Origin: Octopus vulgaris
Lineage: Eukaryota
Direction of reading: 5' to 3'
Length of the DNA: 64,000 nt
Assembly (NCBI GenBank): GCA_951406725.2
Contig: OX597820.1
Coordinates: forward strand, 93,930,001 to 93,994,000
Shown piece by piece: positions 14,892 through 27,454 of the stretch (position 1 is the first letter of the stretch; the number at the start of each line of letters is the position of its first letter). The notes beneath the pieces are model-generated. The model saw nothing but the letters and a program-made list of their open reading frames with translations. It did no database searches and was not told the origin of the DNA. Made by a program: the position numbers and the translations under genes.

Positions 14892-15280
14892 GAGATATAT
14901 ATAGATATATATAGTATAGTTCAGTATATATACAGGACAGCACAGATTTGTACATACGTTGTCTGGACGGCTACTGTACCGGAGAGATATGTATACATGC
15001 GAAATGGTCAGATACAGAATTGTATAGATATGTACAGGTGTCAACTGGAAAGCTACTGTAGCGTACACTAAAAAAATATGTGCAGATGAGGACATTTATC
15101 AACCGGAAAGCTACGATAGTGTAACGTACGAATGTCGACCGGGCAGCTACAGTACAGTAAGGGTACATACAGATGTCAACATAAGTCGACAGGAAATTTA
15201 TGGTACAGTAACCAGATGTCGACTGAAAAATTCTAGGACAGTACAGTTTGAGCTATGTAGAGTCGTAGAATGGACAGTAG
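14565..15280. repeat. Degenerate minisatellite, unit about 36-45 bp (gatatgtcgactggacagctactgtacagttcagtaca-like)
   Basis: Recurrent gtcgactgg/gtcaactgg + acagctactgtacag + cagtaca blocks, interrupted by (TA)n at about 14843-14887. Confidence 0.8.
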
Positions 15281-16299
15281 GATGCGATTTAAAAGAGATT
15301 TAACAGCTATTTCTAGCAGACCGAACGGTTCCGTAAATGTTGATGTTATCCAGGGGTAAAAGTAAGGACTAATAGAGTTTATTAACAGTGTTTTTGCTGG
15401 CGGACTCGGAATGTAAAGGGCTGGATTAAATACCGTGAGTTATTTTGTATTACGCTACAACACTTTCTCCAGTTCACCACCCAAGGACTGGTAATTTACT
15501 TATCAAAACTAAAAGGATGAAAGGCAAAGTTGAACACACGGTACAGGGGCTGCAGTATATGCGTAATTGATTGTATCTGACGTTGTAACGACTCAAGCAT
15601 ATCTGAGGAAATGTAGTAATTGGAATAAATATAGTTGCTATAGGGAAATGAAAAAGATCTAAGCTCAAGGTTCTTTATCGAGGATATAAAACATTGTCCC
15701 ACGTACTCTCATCAGTATTAAATAAACACGCAGAATTAACTTTTATCTTCCGCAATACAATATTAGCCTCTAATGTCGAATGCAACCGAATCTATTTTAA
15801 ATCTTTGCCAGTTCTGTAAATCATATGTAATACGCAAAACATGTTTCCCTGGCGTTCATGCATTATATATGATACACATTCCCTTTTTACTTAGCCGCCA
15901 GAGTAACTTGGGAATTAAGAAAAGGAAAAATTTATATTATTCGAAACGTATGAAGACAGGCACGAACATTTAGGGCAAACTAATGAAAATGCATTGGATA
16001 GGCAAAGGGTTAACTAGCAAATTGCTTTTGAATTGTTTGTTGTCATCGCAGAAGAATTCATCGGTTTCCACTGATTCCGGATTTTAATATAAATTGAAAA
16101 TGGGAGTGTACTGCAAAATTTGGGGCAGGACACAAAAACTAGTCTGCTATAAGGTCTAATTGACCTCAAAATCTCTAGACGAATTGTTCCATTTTAGTTA
16201 TTTGCTAACTGAATCAGTATCTTTCTCATAGTTATTAACTCTACCACACGACTACCAAGCAGTAGTTTTAAAAATATCTAAATGGCAGATAGAAAGATA

Positions 16300-16860
16300 A
16301 CTATTTTAAAGCAAATGTATGTATATATGGCTGAAACACAGATAAGGACGTCAAGTTGAGTGTCTGCTAAAAATATAATCTGCCCACGCATTTATGAAAT
16401 CCATACAAAGAATTTCTTCAAGTTAGTTCCAGAACTTTTATGAAAAAATGGTCAACTGGTTATAAATATATTTCTTTTTAAATTCAAGGTTTTAATTTAG
16501 ACTGAAAGATACGAAATTATACACTTTAGTCTTGCTTTTGCTCTTGCTTCCTTGTCCCTCATTTTCAAGAAAGAAATGATTATTATGTTGTTTATAATTA
16601 ATTGTGATACGTGAAGAATTTCCATTCGCAAAAGAAGAATTAGCTATACCTTCGGGAATAAACCTAAAAGAGTTCAAAGGTAACGAAGATGTCCAAGGTT
16701 AGCAAATACTATACGGGAATACCCTAAAAACATTTACAAATCCTTCAATTACTATTTTGTGGAAGGTATCAGTATCTGTTCTGTCTTTATAGGTAATCTG
16801 TCACTGTCGCTATATAAATAGTTGTGTATCATTCCAATTGTACCAAAATGGCATGATGAA
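16300..16860 (-). mobile_element. Highly decayed RTE-like reverse transcriptase fragment
   Basis: Minus-strand pieces such as SLN*NLEFKKKYIYNQ...SGT*LEEI...DF resemble RTE GLxLNxxKTxYxxYNQ...SGxxLxxVxDFxYLG; many stops and frameshifts. Confidence 0.3.
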
Positions 16861-17722
16861 CACATTCCAAGACTGCCATGATATTTTCATTCACCAGTTA
16901 GAACGGTGTTGTTCCTTAGCTCAGTAACTCTCAACCATTTTTTTTATCAATAGACCCTTTGATTCCAATTTTATTCGGATGGACCCTCCTAGCCATTCGA
17001 TATTTTAAAATGTCCTATTATATTTTTATAATTAAATATTATTAAGAATAGTATAAAAATAATTATCAAAATATTCTGTGTATTGTAGAAGTCTCTCTTA
17101 ATCCTTTTTCCCCCTTGTGGAGCATAGGGCCTCAACAGTTGTGTTACAGCATCGGTTATCATGTTAGATACGGTCCTATAAGTTCTGAGATCAAATCCCA
17201 ACGAGATCAACTATGCTTTTTATCATTCCCGGGTACATAACATGAACAACCAATCAAGAACTGGAGAGTCTATAATTGGTTGTTCCCAGAAATCAAACTT
17301 TGAGCCTATGTTAAAAACTATTATGATTATTATCATCATTTCTTCTTCCACTAGATTCGCAGGGAGTGGATTATATCTAATTGAATACTCATACCGACAA
17401 CGCAATTCACTAGTTTAACGAAACTGCAAATAGTAAAAATATTTAGAGCGATGGCTATTTCTGCTGATAAAGCAACTACACACACACGCCCGCGCGGCAT
17501 ACTTAACGTATGTACATCGTTGACAAGTCAGAGATTGTAGCGATCATTTGGGAAAAGATTCCTTAGAGATTTACTGCGTTAAAAAACGACACAACATACT
17601 TCACAGCTAGACGAAACGAAACCAATCGGAAGCGACATCGAAAGTGACGGATGCGCATTTTGCGGTTTTGAGGTTTAATAATGTCATGCACTCGGGTCAC
17701 TTCCAACATGAAATCGAACCCT

Positions 17723-17849
17723 CTGATTTTTAACGATAGACGTAAGTTAAGAAAGTCTTTTATCTAGAGCTGTTTATATTGCACAATTTGAATATATATA
17801 ACCAGCTCTAGATAAACACTCTAACTTACGTCTATCGCTAAAAAATCAG
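17723..17849. repeat. Fold-back inverted repeat (arms about 55 bp, loop about 15 nt)
   Basis: ctgatttttaacgatagacgtaagtta...tttatctagagctg pairs with cagctctagataaa...taacttacgtctatcgctaaaaaatcag. Confidence 0.85.
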
Positions 17850-18794
17850 TCAAAATAAGAGTAAAAACAACTCAAATAAGAGTCAAAACAATTCAATAGC
17901 CACAAATTAGTGTCCTTTGTCACTTTAGTGACGTATATATTTCTACCTTTAGGTTGTAAAATTGCGAATAAGCCAGCCAAGGAGTAATCAACACCAAAGC
18001 ATGGATAATACATTCTTTAATAATATGCACTTTAAATTTTCAGTACCTGTGGTTTTATACTTAAGGACTGAAAATTAAATTGAAAATCGCTACGTAAGGC
18101 ACCAGCATGAAACCACTGGTACTAGACAAAAATTTAACGTGAATCCTATTAACGTATACACACACAAATATACACAATACACATGCATATGTATATTGAG
18201 AATTAATTTCATAGTGATGTCTGTTCAGATAAAAAAAAAACAAAAAAAAACAGATGAATATTGAATCTTTTTCGAAACAGAATTCAAAATTAAGTCATAA
18301 ATCAAAACAGTAGCATGAACTATGTTGAATTTATGTGTAATTTTATCAAAATATGTATCAAACAACGGAATATGATCTCTTTATGGAACTCTCTCCTTTG
18401 AGTGTTTTCTCAATAGAAGGGTGAAGATATGATCACGTGACAATATATTTTTTTTAGATTACATTAGTTTAGGTGTATCTCTAACCTATTCACCTCAATG
18501 GAAAATGTTTTGAACAATACATACGCAAGATTGTATGTAGGTATGTATGTAGGTACGCATATATGTATGTATGTATGCATGTATGTATGTATGCATGTAT
18601 GTGTATATGTGTGTGGGTGTATATATAAGTGTGTGTGTGAAATATGTATGTTATATATATATCCGTGTGTGTATGTGTGCATGTATGTATTTGTCAGTGT
18701 GCATTTGTGCGTTGAGTATCTGTTTGGATATATTTATATATCTCATCTGTTTGTGAATAAGCATACATCGTTATACACAAATAATGTTCACTAC

Positions 18795-18843
<49 letters not shown>

Positions 18844-19166
18844 CTTCGTTCTATCTATTTGTCTGTCTTTATTTCTCTCAAATATATATGCTGCTTCTTC
18901 ATTTGTGCATGCATGCATGTGTGTGTGTGTGTGTGTGTGTGTGTTATAATGTGGATATGAAACAAATGTGTACTAGAATCCGCGGCTATAAACACCTAAG
19001 ACTCATTAAACGAGGACTTAGAGAGGAAGAGGCAGAAGCGGAGGAACACAAAACAGGTAGAAAGAAATCAGTGTCCCTGGAGGTAACAAAATATAATTGT
19101 GGTGCGCGTGTGCATGCCTGCGTGCGTGCGTGTGCATGCGCGCGTGTGTGTGTGTGTGTATAGCTT

Positions 19167-19235
19167 CTATCGATCGGTCCAGTTGTGACGTCACAATTGG
19201 TATACTAGCAAGGAAGGAAGCCCTGCGATTTGCAT
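19167..19235. promoter_or_regulatory. Candidate cis-regulatory module: TATCGAT + palindromic CRE (TGACGTCA) + octamer (ATTTGCAT)
   Basis: ctatcgatcg 19167-19176; ccagttgtgacgtcacaattgg 19179-19200; atttgcat 19228-19235. Confidence 0.35.
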
Positions 19236-19417
19236 TATTTTTATGAGAGGTGTAACAGTAGCAGCCGCTATAACAAGCATACCAATACCATTATTGCTGT
19301 CCCCACCCATCACCAACACCAAAACTACTATGGCCAACAACAACCTCTGTAGATGATACATTAATAGTGACTACAATAATAATAATAGAAATAATAATAA
19401 TAATAATAATAATAATG

Positions 19418-19468
<51 letters not shown>

Positions 19469-20027
19469 TATTTAAAAAATTAGCAGCAGGAATTTCAGTC
19501 GCTACGATTGTCGTTATTTGCGAGAGCATCAGCAGCAACTTCAACAACGGTGGATATTAAGAGTCAACATTATCAAGCCTGCCACAGCAATATCAGTAGG
19601 CGCAACTATGGTTACTAGAGGCAACATTATCAGCCAGAACAACTGTAGCAATTGCAACAGTTGGTTATCTGCAGTAACATTATCAACCGCCTCCAACTAC
19701 AATAATCGCGTTATGAACCTCGCAACAATAATTATCAACAGTTTCTAAAAGTTGTTTATGTGGCAATGTTATGAAGCACAACCACAACAAACTGTAGCAT
19801 TTTGCATCAGTTGTTTGTGAGAAACATCATCGACAAACAACACCTACAATAGTGCTTTGTTAGAGAGCAACTTTTCAACCACAACAAGAGGTGTAAATAG
19901 TTGTAAACTGACGCAAGTAGTAACAGTAATTGCAGCAAGAAGTCAAATAGTAGTAGCAACAAGGTTGGCTGATTTTAATAATTAAACAACTGAGGTTGCG
20001 ATCTCAACAACAACAAATCTAATGATC

Positions 20028-20402
20028 CAACGTTTACTAAAGGCACAATGCCTGGAATTTGTGAGGAGGGGACTAGTAGACTACATCGACGCTATTGTTT
20101 GATGAAAGGCACAGTCAACATTAGCAGAATTTGAACTCATTTTGTCTGGCGTAGCTAACCACTCAGCCACCTCGCCGACATCGCAACAAATTTAATGATC
20201 CTTTCTGCTATAGGTACATGGCCTGAAATTTTAGGGGAAAGCACTAGTCGATAATACTGGCCCCAGTGCTCGACTGGTACTTATTTTATCGACTCTGAAA
20301 GGATGAAAGGCAAAATCAACTTCGGCGGAATTTGATCTCAGAACGTAAAGACGGATGAAATGCCGCTAAGCATGCTAACAATTCTGTCAGCTCGATGCCT
20401 TA
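20028..20402 (-). mobile_element. Two tandem SINE family A copies (about 20028-20180 internally deleted; 20200-20402)
   Basis: Both carry cctgaaattt...actagt(a/c)ga...gatgaaaggca...gaatttga.ctca...ctcgccg/ctcgatgcct. Confidence 0.8.
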
Positions 20403-20439
20403 ACAACATCAATAAAAATGCTATCAAATCATGAAGATA

Positions 20440-20635
20440 GTTAGTACGTGGTAGCTCGACCTAATAAAAATAACAACTACATCTCCCACATATAACATCC
20501 TACTGCCTTGAAAACGGAAGATCATATTGGGTAGAGAGGTTCAGAATATGTAAATAGACAAGATGGCCACACCTATAACGATTTTGATTACAGCTCTGCT
20601 GGATCGCTGTTGTTCTGGGGCTTCACAGCAGCAGC
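20440..20635 (+). mobile_element. Dispersed repeat family R ((CAA)n-tailed retroposon-like), degenerate copy
   Basis: gtggtagctcgacct...aacaactacatctccc...atggccacacctataacg...ttgattacagctctgct matches 23440-23625. Confidence 0.5.
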
Positions 20636-21663
20636 AACAGCTATAACAAAATAGTATTTATCATCAAGCACACCCTTTGTGATGATATATGAAAGGCGGT
20701 CATCCGAAACATGATAAACACGCGGTTCTGCTCCTGCGAAATGTCAACATTTTCACCATGGTGCCAAGGAGACTGTCTCGATGGTGTCACACAACATGCT
20801 AAAAATAGCAAACAAATCCTCCTCGAAAGCGAAAAAAGAAGAAAGAAAACCCTTTTGATACCAACCCTCCTGAGAATACCTCTGGTTCAATGATACAAGA
20901 TTCTTGTTTTAAAATTATCTTCAAATTTAGCGTTAATTTATATCCCAAATACTAACTTAATGATAAATTATTATAGTAAATTCTTCTTTATTTTGCAAAA
21001 CTAATTGAAACGAACCTAGTGCGTTTCAACAGAAACATGGTAACAAAAGGGTAACAAAAAGACGTAGTGAATAATGTAGTTTGCTAAAAGACAGGATGGT
21101 CATGACTGGAATGCATTTGATTATGAAATTCCGCGATAACAACACCAACAAGAACAATATTGACAACAATGGATACAGCAGCAGATTAAAGTTGCAGCAA
21201 CTGTGGGAAATTTTATCACAGTAGTCGCTGCACCGATTAACTGCAAGCAACTGCAGCAAAAATATACAACATACAGATGCAATTTCAAGAGCAGCTATTT
21301 TAATAATGGTTGTCTATAATAACAAAACAAATGATAATATTAGAATAGCTGCATTAAAATCTGCAGTAGTTGCAGCTGCATTCGCAAAAATAGCAATAGC
21401 ATCATCATCACCACCACCACCACTACCACCACCAGTAATAATGTTGTTGTTGCTGTTGCAATTTTTTTTACCCCTAGGTTAGAATTGATTCAGTTTTTCA
21501 GAGATGGCCATCTTAACTCATTTTCAAGTATGGTTTATCTAGGACTATATCGTCCAATGTGTCCATACTATTCTTTCAGGCTTTGTTTTTGAAGGATTTC
21601 TTCTAAGTAACTGATTTGAGGGCGACTTTGGCTGCTAATTCTGCCAAACCTAACAACCACGCA

Positions 21664-21665
<2 letters not shown>

Positions 21666-21738
<73 letters not shown>
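21666..21738. repeat. (TAG)n microsatellite
   Basis: Directly visible. Confidence 0.97.
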
Positions 21739-21739
<1 letters not shown>

Positions 21740-22387
21740 TGCAACGACAACAACTTTCAACAGCAACAGTAGTAGAATTGCTGTTGTACAACTGTTAACG
21801 CCACCAAACAAGCAGTAGATAAACAGATGCACCCGGTTCTTCAACATCGTCAGCAACGACAACGACAACAACAGCAGCAACAGAAATGCAGATGCACAAT
21901 CATCATCATCAACAATAGACTAGCTTCTGCATCATCGTCAACAATAACAGCAGTAGATTAAATGCTGCACCATCATCACCACTATCGTCAGCAACAGCAG
22001 CAGAAAGAGAATGACTGCACCAAACACCAATGAATTTACAATTGCACATTGCACTAGCATCAAGAACAACAGGTGCAATAAAGATTGCAGTTAAAAGACA
22101 GAGCAGCAGTTTGTGCTAACAGAAATAACTGCAAATTTTATCAACGATCGCTGCAGTTGCAGCAGATGACAACTACAGTAGCAGCAACAACTGCAGCAGC
22201 AGTATCTACATTATTGGTAGTTAGATGCACCGACTACAATCGCTGCAACAACACCAGTAGCAGCAGTACTGACAACAGCAGTAGTTGCAACTGTCGAAGC
22301 ACCCGTAACAGCAGCAGTAATAATGGTGATGATGGTGGTGGTGGTGGTGGTAGTAGCAATAGTAGTAGTAGTAGTAGTAGTAGTAGT

Positions 22388-22427
<40 letters not shown>

Positions 22428-22694
22428 ACTTCATGAACAGAAAGCAACGAAGAAATATCTAGATGGTCGCTCAACTTTCTAGAAGTAGCAGCCAAACCTC
22501 CCTCAAAATCACTTCTCACGGTCTGAATAAAAGGGAGCACATTAAATAAATGTAGTTCCAGATTTACTATGCCAAAAATAAAGACCGTGTATCAATGCTG
22601 AATGCCCTTTCGTTATTGGTCGACATAATTAGAGTTGTCTTGGGCCTATACAGTAGCAGTACTAACTCTAGGTACATTGACTACACAATAACGA

Positions 22695-22990
22695 ACGGCG
22701 ATTTTGCGAAGTCGTCACAGTATAGGATATAATTACTTGCAGTATTTCGTCAGGCTCGCTGCGCTTTGGGTTGGAATCCCGGCGATGCCAATTTTGATTT
22801 TCATCCTTTCGAGACCGATAAAATAAGGTACCAGTCCAGGACAATGAGAAAGGGAAATGGTTAGAGCATTAGATGGGATGTTGTACTGTACTTGTTCGGG
22901 ACTCTACGTTCTGATTGCAAATCTCCTCGAGATCAACTTAACAGTTCATCCTTCTGGGGTTAAAGAAATAAAAAAAAAACCCAGTTAATG
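22695..22990 (+). mobile_element. Two degenerate SINE family A copies in tandem
   Basis: ttttcatcctttcgagaccgataaaataaggtaccag and ctacgttctgattgcaaatctcctcgagatcaact...ttcatccttctgggg. Confidence 0.6.
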
Positions 22991-23439
22991 TGGTGGATTG
23001 GCACAATTTTTTGCGGGTTGGTCGAGATCATTTTTGACATATGTTCCTGATTTTTGGCGTTCTGAGTTCTTCGGGCGGTGGACTGAATCCGCCACCCAGT
23101 TGAATACTCAGTTGAAAAGGCACGGTGAGTACCTTTGGTGGAGTCCTCTCTGTATATACAATAACATTTTGCCTTCATCTCATTAAACCCGGAGGTCTTA
23201 AAAAGATAATGGCTCATGGGCGCTGCCCTCCCTTCCTTTGGCAAAACGGTGAAAAAAAATCTAAGAACAAGAACAGTAAAAATTAAAATAACTGTATAGA
23301 ATGATTGTAATAAGAATACATTAGTTGGTGTATTCCTTGGTACACTTTATCTGAAAGTGTGAATAACTGGAGCGACTCTGATTGTAAGTCTGTCCCACGG
23401 AACAAGACTATCGATAGCAACAAGTGTCAATGAGAGAGC

Positions 23440-23628
23440 CTGTACGTGGTTACTCGAATAGCTAGAAATATCAGCTAAATTTGTCTCAAATCAAAAACTA
23501 TCGTCTTGAAAATTAATATGGTCATGGATTCTCTATACATAGGAAAGAATGGAATGGTCACTGCTGGAACGCTTTTGATCGTAGGTCTACCCGATCAGAG
23601 ATGATCTCGTTCTAAACAACAACAATAA
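23440..23628 (+). mobile_element. Dispersed repeat family R, good copy
   Basis: gtggttactcgaatagctagaaatatcagctaaatttgtctcaaatca...atggtcactgctggaacgcttttgatcgtaggtct...ctaaacaacaacaa; related copies near 21480(-), 22460(+), 23915(-), 24890(+), 35085(+), 40090(-), 45170(+), 48810(-), 49600(+). Confidence 0.6.
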
Positions 23629-24129
23629 CAATTACAATTGTTGTTGCATTAATATTATGATCAACAAAAATAGTTGGAACTGCTATTAATAAAATATTAG
23701 CAACAACAATAGTTGCAATAACGCAACCATAATCATCATCATCATGAAGATCTACGTTATCATCATTATCATCATCATCATCATCATTGTTAGCTATAGC
23801 AGCTAGTTGCTAGAATAGCATCAACGATAGTAGCTTCACAGATAGGAAATAAAATACAGCAACAGTAACTGAACTGCACATTATTACTGTTGCATCTGTA
23901 TGGTTGATCACGGTTGATTGTTTGACCACAGGTCAACTCTGATTGAGCAAACCTGTGACCAACAGACCTTCTAGTCTGGAACATCTGAGCTACATTGTCT
24001 TCAGTGTATTTTTTTTTTCAGTTAATTTTTTTTTAAGATAAACGGGTATATCCAAAGAAGTTTGGTTAGCATTTCTAATAGGTCGAGCGACCTATTAGAA
24101 ATACTTGTTAATAAGTGTTATAACATGAT

Positions 24130-24746
24130 AATGAAGATGAAGAAGATGATGATGATGATAATGATAAAGAAGAGGTGGAAGAAGAAGAAGAAGAAGAAGA
24201 AGAAGAAGAAGAAGAAGAAGAAGGTGACGAGCGAGAAGAGGTAAAAGAAGAAGATAAAGAAGAGGTGGAAGACGAGAAGAAGATGATGAGAGGGAAGAGA
24301 AAGAAGAAGAAGACGAAGAAGAAGAAGAAGAAGAAGAAGAAGAAGAAGAAGAAGAAGAAGAAGAAGAAAATGAGAAAGAAGAGGTAGAAGATAAAGAAGA
24401 GGTGGAAGAAGAGGGAGAAGAAGTGGATGAAAGGGAAGAAGAAGAAGATAAAGAAGAAGGAGGTGATGAGGAAGAAGAGGTGGAAGATGAGGGAGAAGAA
24501 GGTGATGAGAGGGAAGAGGTAGAAGAAGATAAAGAAGAGGTGGAAGAAGGTGATGAGAGAGAAGAGGTAGAAGATAAGAGGTGGAAGAGGGAGAAGGTGA
24601 TGAGAGGAAAGAGGTAGAAGAAGAAGAAGAAGAAGAAGAAGAAGAAGAAGAAGAAGAAGAGGGGGAAGAAGAAGGTGACGCAGAAGAGATGGAAGAAGAG
24701 GGAAAGGGTGATGAGAGGGAAGAGGTAGAAGACGAAAAAGAAGATA

Positions 24747-24778
<32 letters not shown>

Positions 24779-24800
24779 GAAGAAGAAGAAGTAGAAGAAA
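24130..24800. repeat. About 670 bp purine-rich (GAA)n / GAGGT(A/G)GAAGA compound tract
   Basis: Directly visible; source of the poly-E/K/S/F/L ORFs. Confidence 0.95.
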
Positions 24801-25366
24801 TAATGGAAACAAAGCAAGATTTAAGAGGTAATGTGCGGATGATAAAGAGTGAGCAATACAAGTCTCTGTAGTGTGCAGCTATATATAGTCGATCCATACG
24901 CTAGTTATAACAGCCAAATCTATTTCAAATCACACCACCGCAGGCTTAAAAATGAAAAATATACGAAATAATTTAGATGAAGGTACATTAGGGCTAAAAC
25001 AAATACAAATGGTTATGAGTTGGAGCGATTTTGAATACAAGTTTACATAATCAGGGCACACCAAGAGAGGAAATCCTATCCATGTTTATGTATTTTTAAA
25101 GAAGTACGTGTACGTTTGGGTGCGTGTGCATGTGGAGGTGTGTGTGCGTGTGTGTGTGTATGTAACTGAGTGTATTTGTGCAGATGTATCTTTTCCTGTA
25201 ATTAGGTAAGTAAATATGTATCGAGATATATGTATGTATGTACGTATGCATGTTTGTTCTTATGTATTTATTCAAGTCCAAAGTACAAGAGCTCTTAATC
25301 AGAAACGTCAATACATAATGAACGCACACATACGCACATATGTTCGTACGTCCGGCACTAGTCGCC

Positions 25367-25563
25367 ATGATAGATCGTTGGCCACTACACACATTTTTCT
25401 CTCTCCTTGTTTCTCTCCTTGTCTTTTCTGTGTCCCTTTCTGTAGAAGAGCGTAGGCTCGAAACGTAAAAGACTTTTTCTATTCCTGAGCGTTATACTAA
25501 TATATCTGTTTGTTTTGTACACCACCTGTCTTCATCTTTTGTTTTTTTTCGTAAACTCTCCCT
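25367..25563 (+). mobile_element. Penelope-type terminal-repeat element family P1 with hammerhead-like motif (25436-25471)
   Basis: cttt ctgtaga a gagc gtag gctc gaaac gta aaag; ends in (TA)n. Confidence 0.7.
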
Positions 25564-25630
25564 ATATATATATATACTTTGCTTGCACAATCGCGCGCGC
25601 CTACGAACATACAGCCACACACCATATATA

Positions 25631-25775
25631 TATTCTCGAGTCAACCCAAATATTATGAATAAAACTGGGTAGAGGGTAGATAGAAACTGTGTTAAAGCCT
25701 GTTGGATTCATTGTACCTACTATTCAAATAATCAGCTTCGTCACACACTATATCACGCTGATTCCACCTGATGAT
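25631..25775 (+). repeat. Local direct duplicate of 27545-27689
   Basis: attctcgagtcaacccaaatattatgaataaaactgggt...acgctgattccacctgatgat present in both places. Confidence 0.9.
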
Positions 25776-25983
25776 ATATATAATCATTATTATCATTATT
25801 AATTAGAGTTTAGAGGGATATATCATCAGGGCGGTACATAACTGGTGGATCTCAGTTATGTTCCAGATTACAGCTAACCACATCGATTAATATGACTACC
25901 ATGAGTTGTCACTCACGCTGTAAAATTTCCTCCGATATGTAATTCTGTATTCGCTTCTCTGAATGGTAATATTATCGGGAGTG

Positions 25984-26100
25984 TATGTTAGCAATAATTA
26001 TAACAATAGAGAATATGGAGATTGGTATATCCTAACAATAAAAGGAAATAAATTTTGAGTCTGTATCAATCTCCATATTCTATATCGTTATAATTATTGT

Positions 26101-26106
<6 letters not shown>
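25984..26106. repeat. Fold-back inverted repeat (arms about 43 bp) abutting (TA)n
   Basis: caataattataacaatagagaatatggagattggtata pairs with tatcaatctccatattctatatcgttataattattg. Confidence 0.8.
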
Positions 26107-26134
<28 letters not shown>

Positions 26135-26209
26135 AAATATATTTAAATATTATAAACTTCACAGTGAATTGAATAAGAAAGTAAACATGCTGCAAAATGT
26201 GGGAGAGAT

Positions 26210-26257
26210 TCTCCTGACGGACTGCTTCGCAGTTTGTTGAGCGCTCTTCAGAGAAAA
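26210..26257 (-). ncRNA. Type I hammerhead ribozyme-like motif (one core deviation)
   Basis: Minus strand: UUUUCU CUGAAGA GCG cucaacaaac UGC GAAGC agucc GUC AGGAGA; G instead of A at 15.1; stem I uses G-U pairs. Confidence 0.45.
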
Positions 26258-27454
26258 TATATCCGGCTTCCTTCCCTAATTAACAGCATAGACGAACTTC
26301 TCATAAAATAGTCATGAATTAGGCTGCTAACACCGTATTTCTGCACAAAACAGTGTAAATAAGAAAAGTGAAATAAATTTAAATATGATAATGCATCACT
26401 GTGGGTTAAAGAAGCGTAAGAACAGGTTTACATTCTTTGTAAAAGTTGTTCTTGTGTTCAGTATGCAACGAAAATGTTAAAATTGTCAACCTCTTTGTAT
26501 TTCAATTTTCAGAAATAGATTGTAAGAGATATGATCTTCGTTTCAGAAGAATGAAATGAGGTTATGAAAGTGACTTTTAAAATTTCTTTCAGTCATACTT
26601 ATGTAATGGTTTGTAGTAATGTCGTTATCGCTGTTATTGAATGTACTTCAGCAGAATAGATTACTGCTTTTCGCAGCAGTTATATTTGAGTCAGTTATAT
26701 ATATATATATATATATAAATAATCACGTGATCACGTGACTGACCAGGCTATCAGATGTTGCTACACATCGCTGGCCTCAATGCGCTTCGCATTGTTTTAG
26801 CCTTCAAATGATGCCACTCCGCTGGCTAAGCGAGCAGACCATAAATATATATATATATATATACACACGTTCACTTAGTGGTCATCCCTCTTATATGTAT
26901 TCACACACACACACACACACTCACATATATATATGCACATACATGTGTGTGTGTGTGTTTATTTGCATGGGTACCGCGTGTAAACTTCTTTCGAGGTAAT
27001 AAATCGTTTAGATAAGATTTATTGAATATTGGTGGTGTGACTGTAAATTGAGCTGCGATCAAATAACGTAACAACCTACATAAGTATTTTTCACATATAA
27101 GGATGTCGTTGCAGCTGCATTAAAACGAAGACCAGTCGACTGGCTGGAAAAAAATTCACTGACCAGCAGACAACAACCACTGATTGTCTTGTAAATTTTC
27201 TGCTTCCCATTTTTAATATCAACTACAATCGAATATACTTGCAAGTGGGACATAATCTCCTCTCAAGTCCACTCGATGCTCTTGTATCTCATTCCCCCCG
27301 TTATTCTCAAATGTTTCACTTCTCAAATCTCACACTGGAGACTGAAACCATGTAAAAAGATTGATAAACGCGGATCTTGAAACTGAACATAAACCGTAAC
27401 AATCTTACTTGTTTCGACGGTATACAAATAAATAGTTATAGCTTTTTACACAAC

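Noticed and set aside
14565-15280. CRISPR-like array (also 35440-35752)
   Set aside because: Contiguous degenerate units without unique spacers, no cas genes, eukaryotic context
18498-19163. 221-aa ORF
   Set aside because: Built from (TATG)n, (CT)n and (TG)n microsatellites; no recognisable domain
22085-22540. 125-aa and 109-aa ORFs with poly-S/G/A/T
   Set aside because: Derived from (GGT)(AGT)(AGC) trinucleotide runs within a CAG/CAA-rich low-complexity region
24095-24897. 230-260 aa poly-S/L/F and poly-E/K ORFs
   Set aside because: Open in several frames on both strands because of the (GAA)n tract; no domain or splice evidence
26723-26738. Double E-box palindrome tcacgtgatcacgtga as a regulatory site
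   Set aside because: Lies in a short (TA)n-flanked block that looks like a repeat fragment; no independent evidence of function
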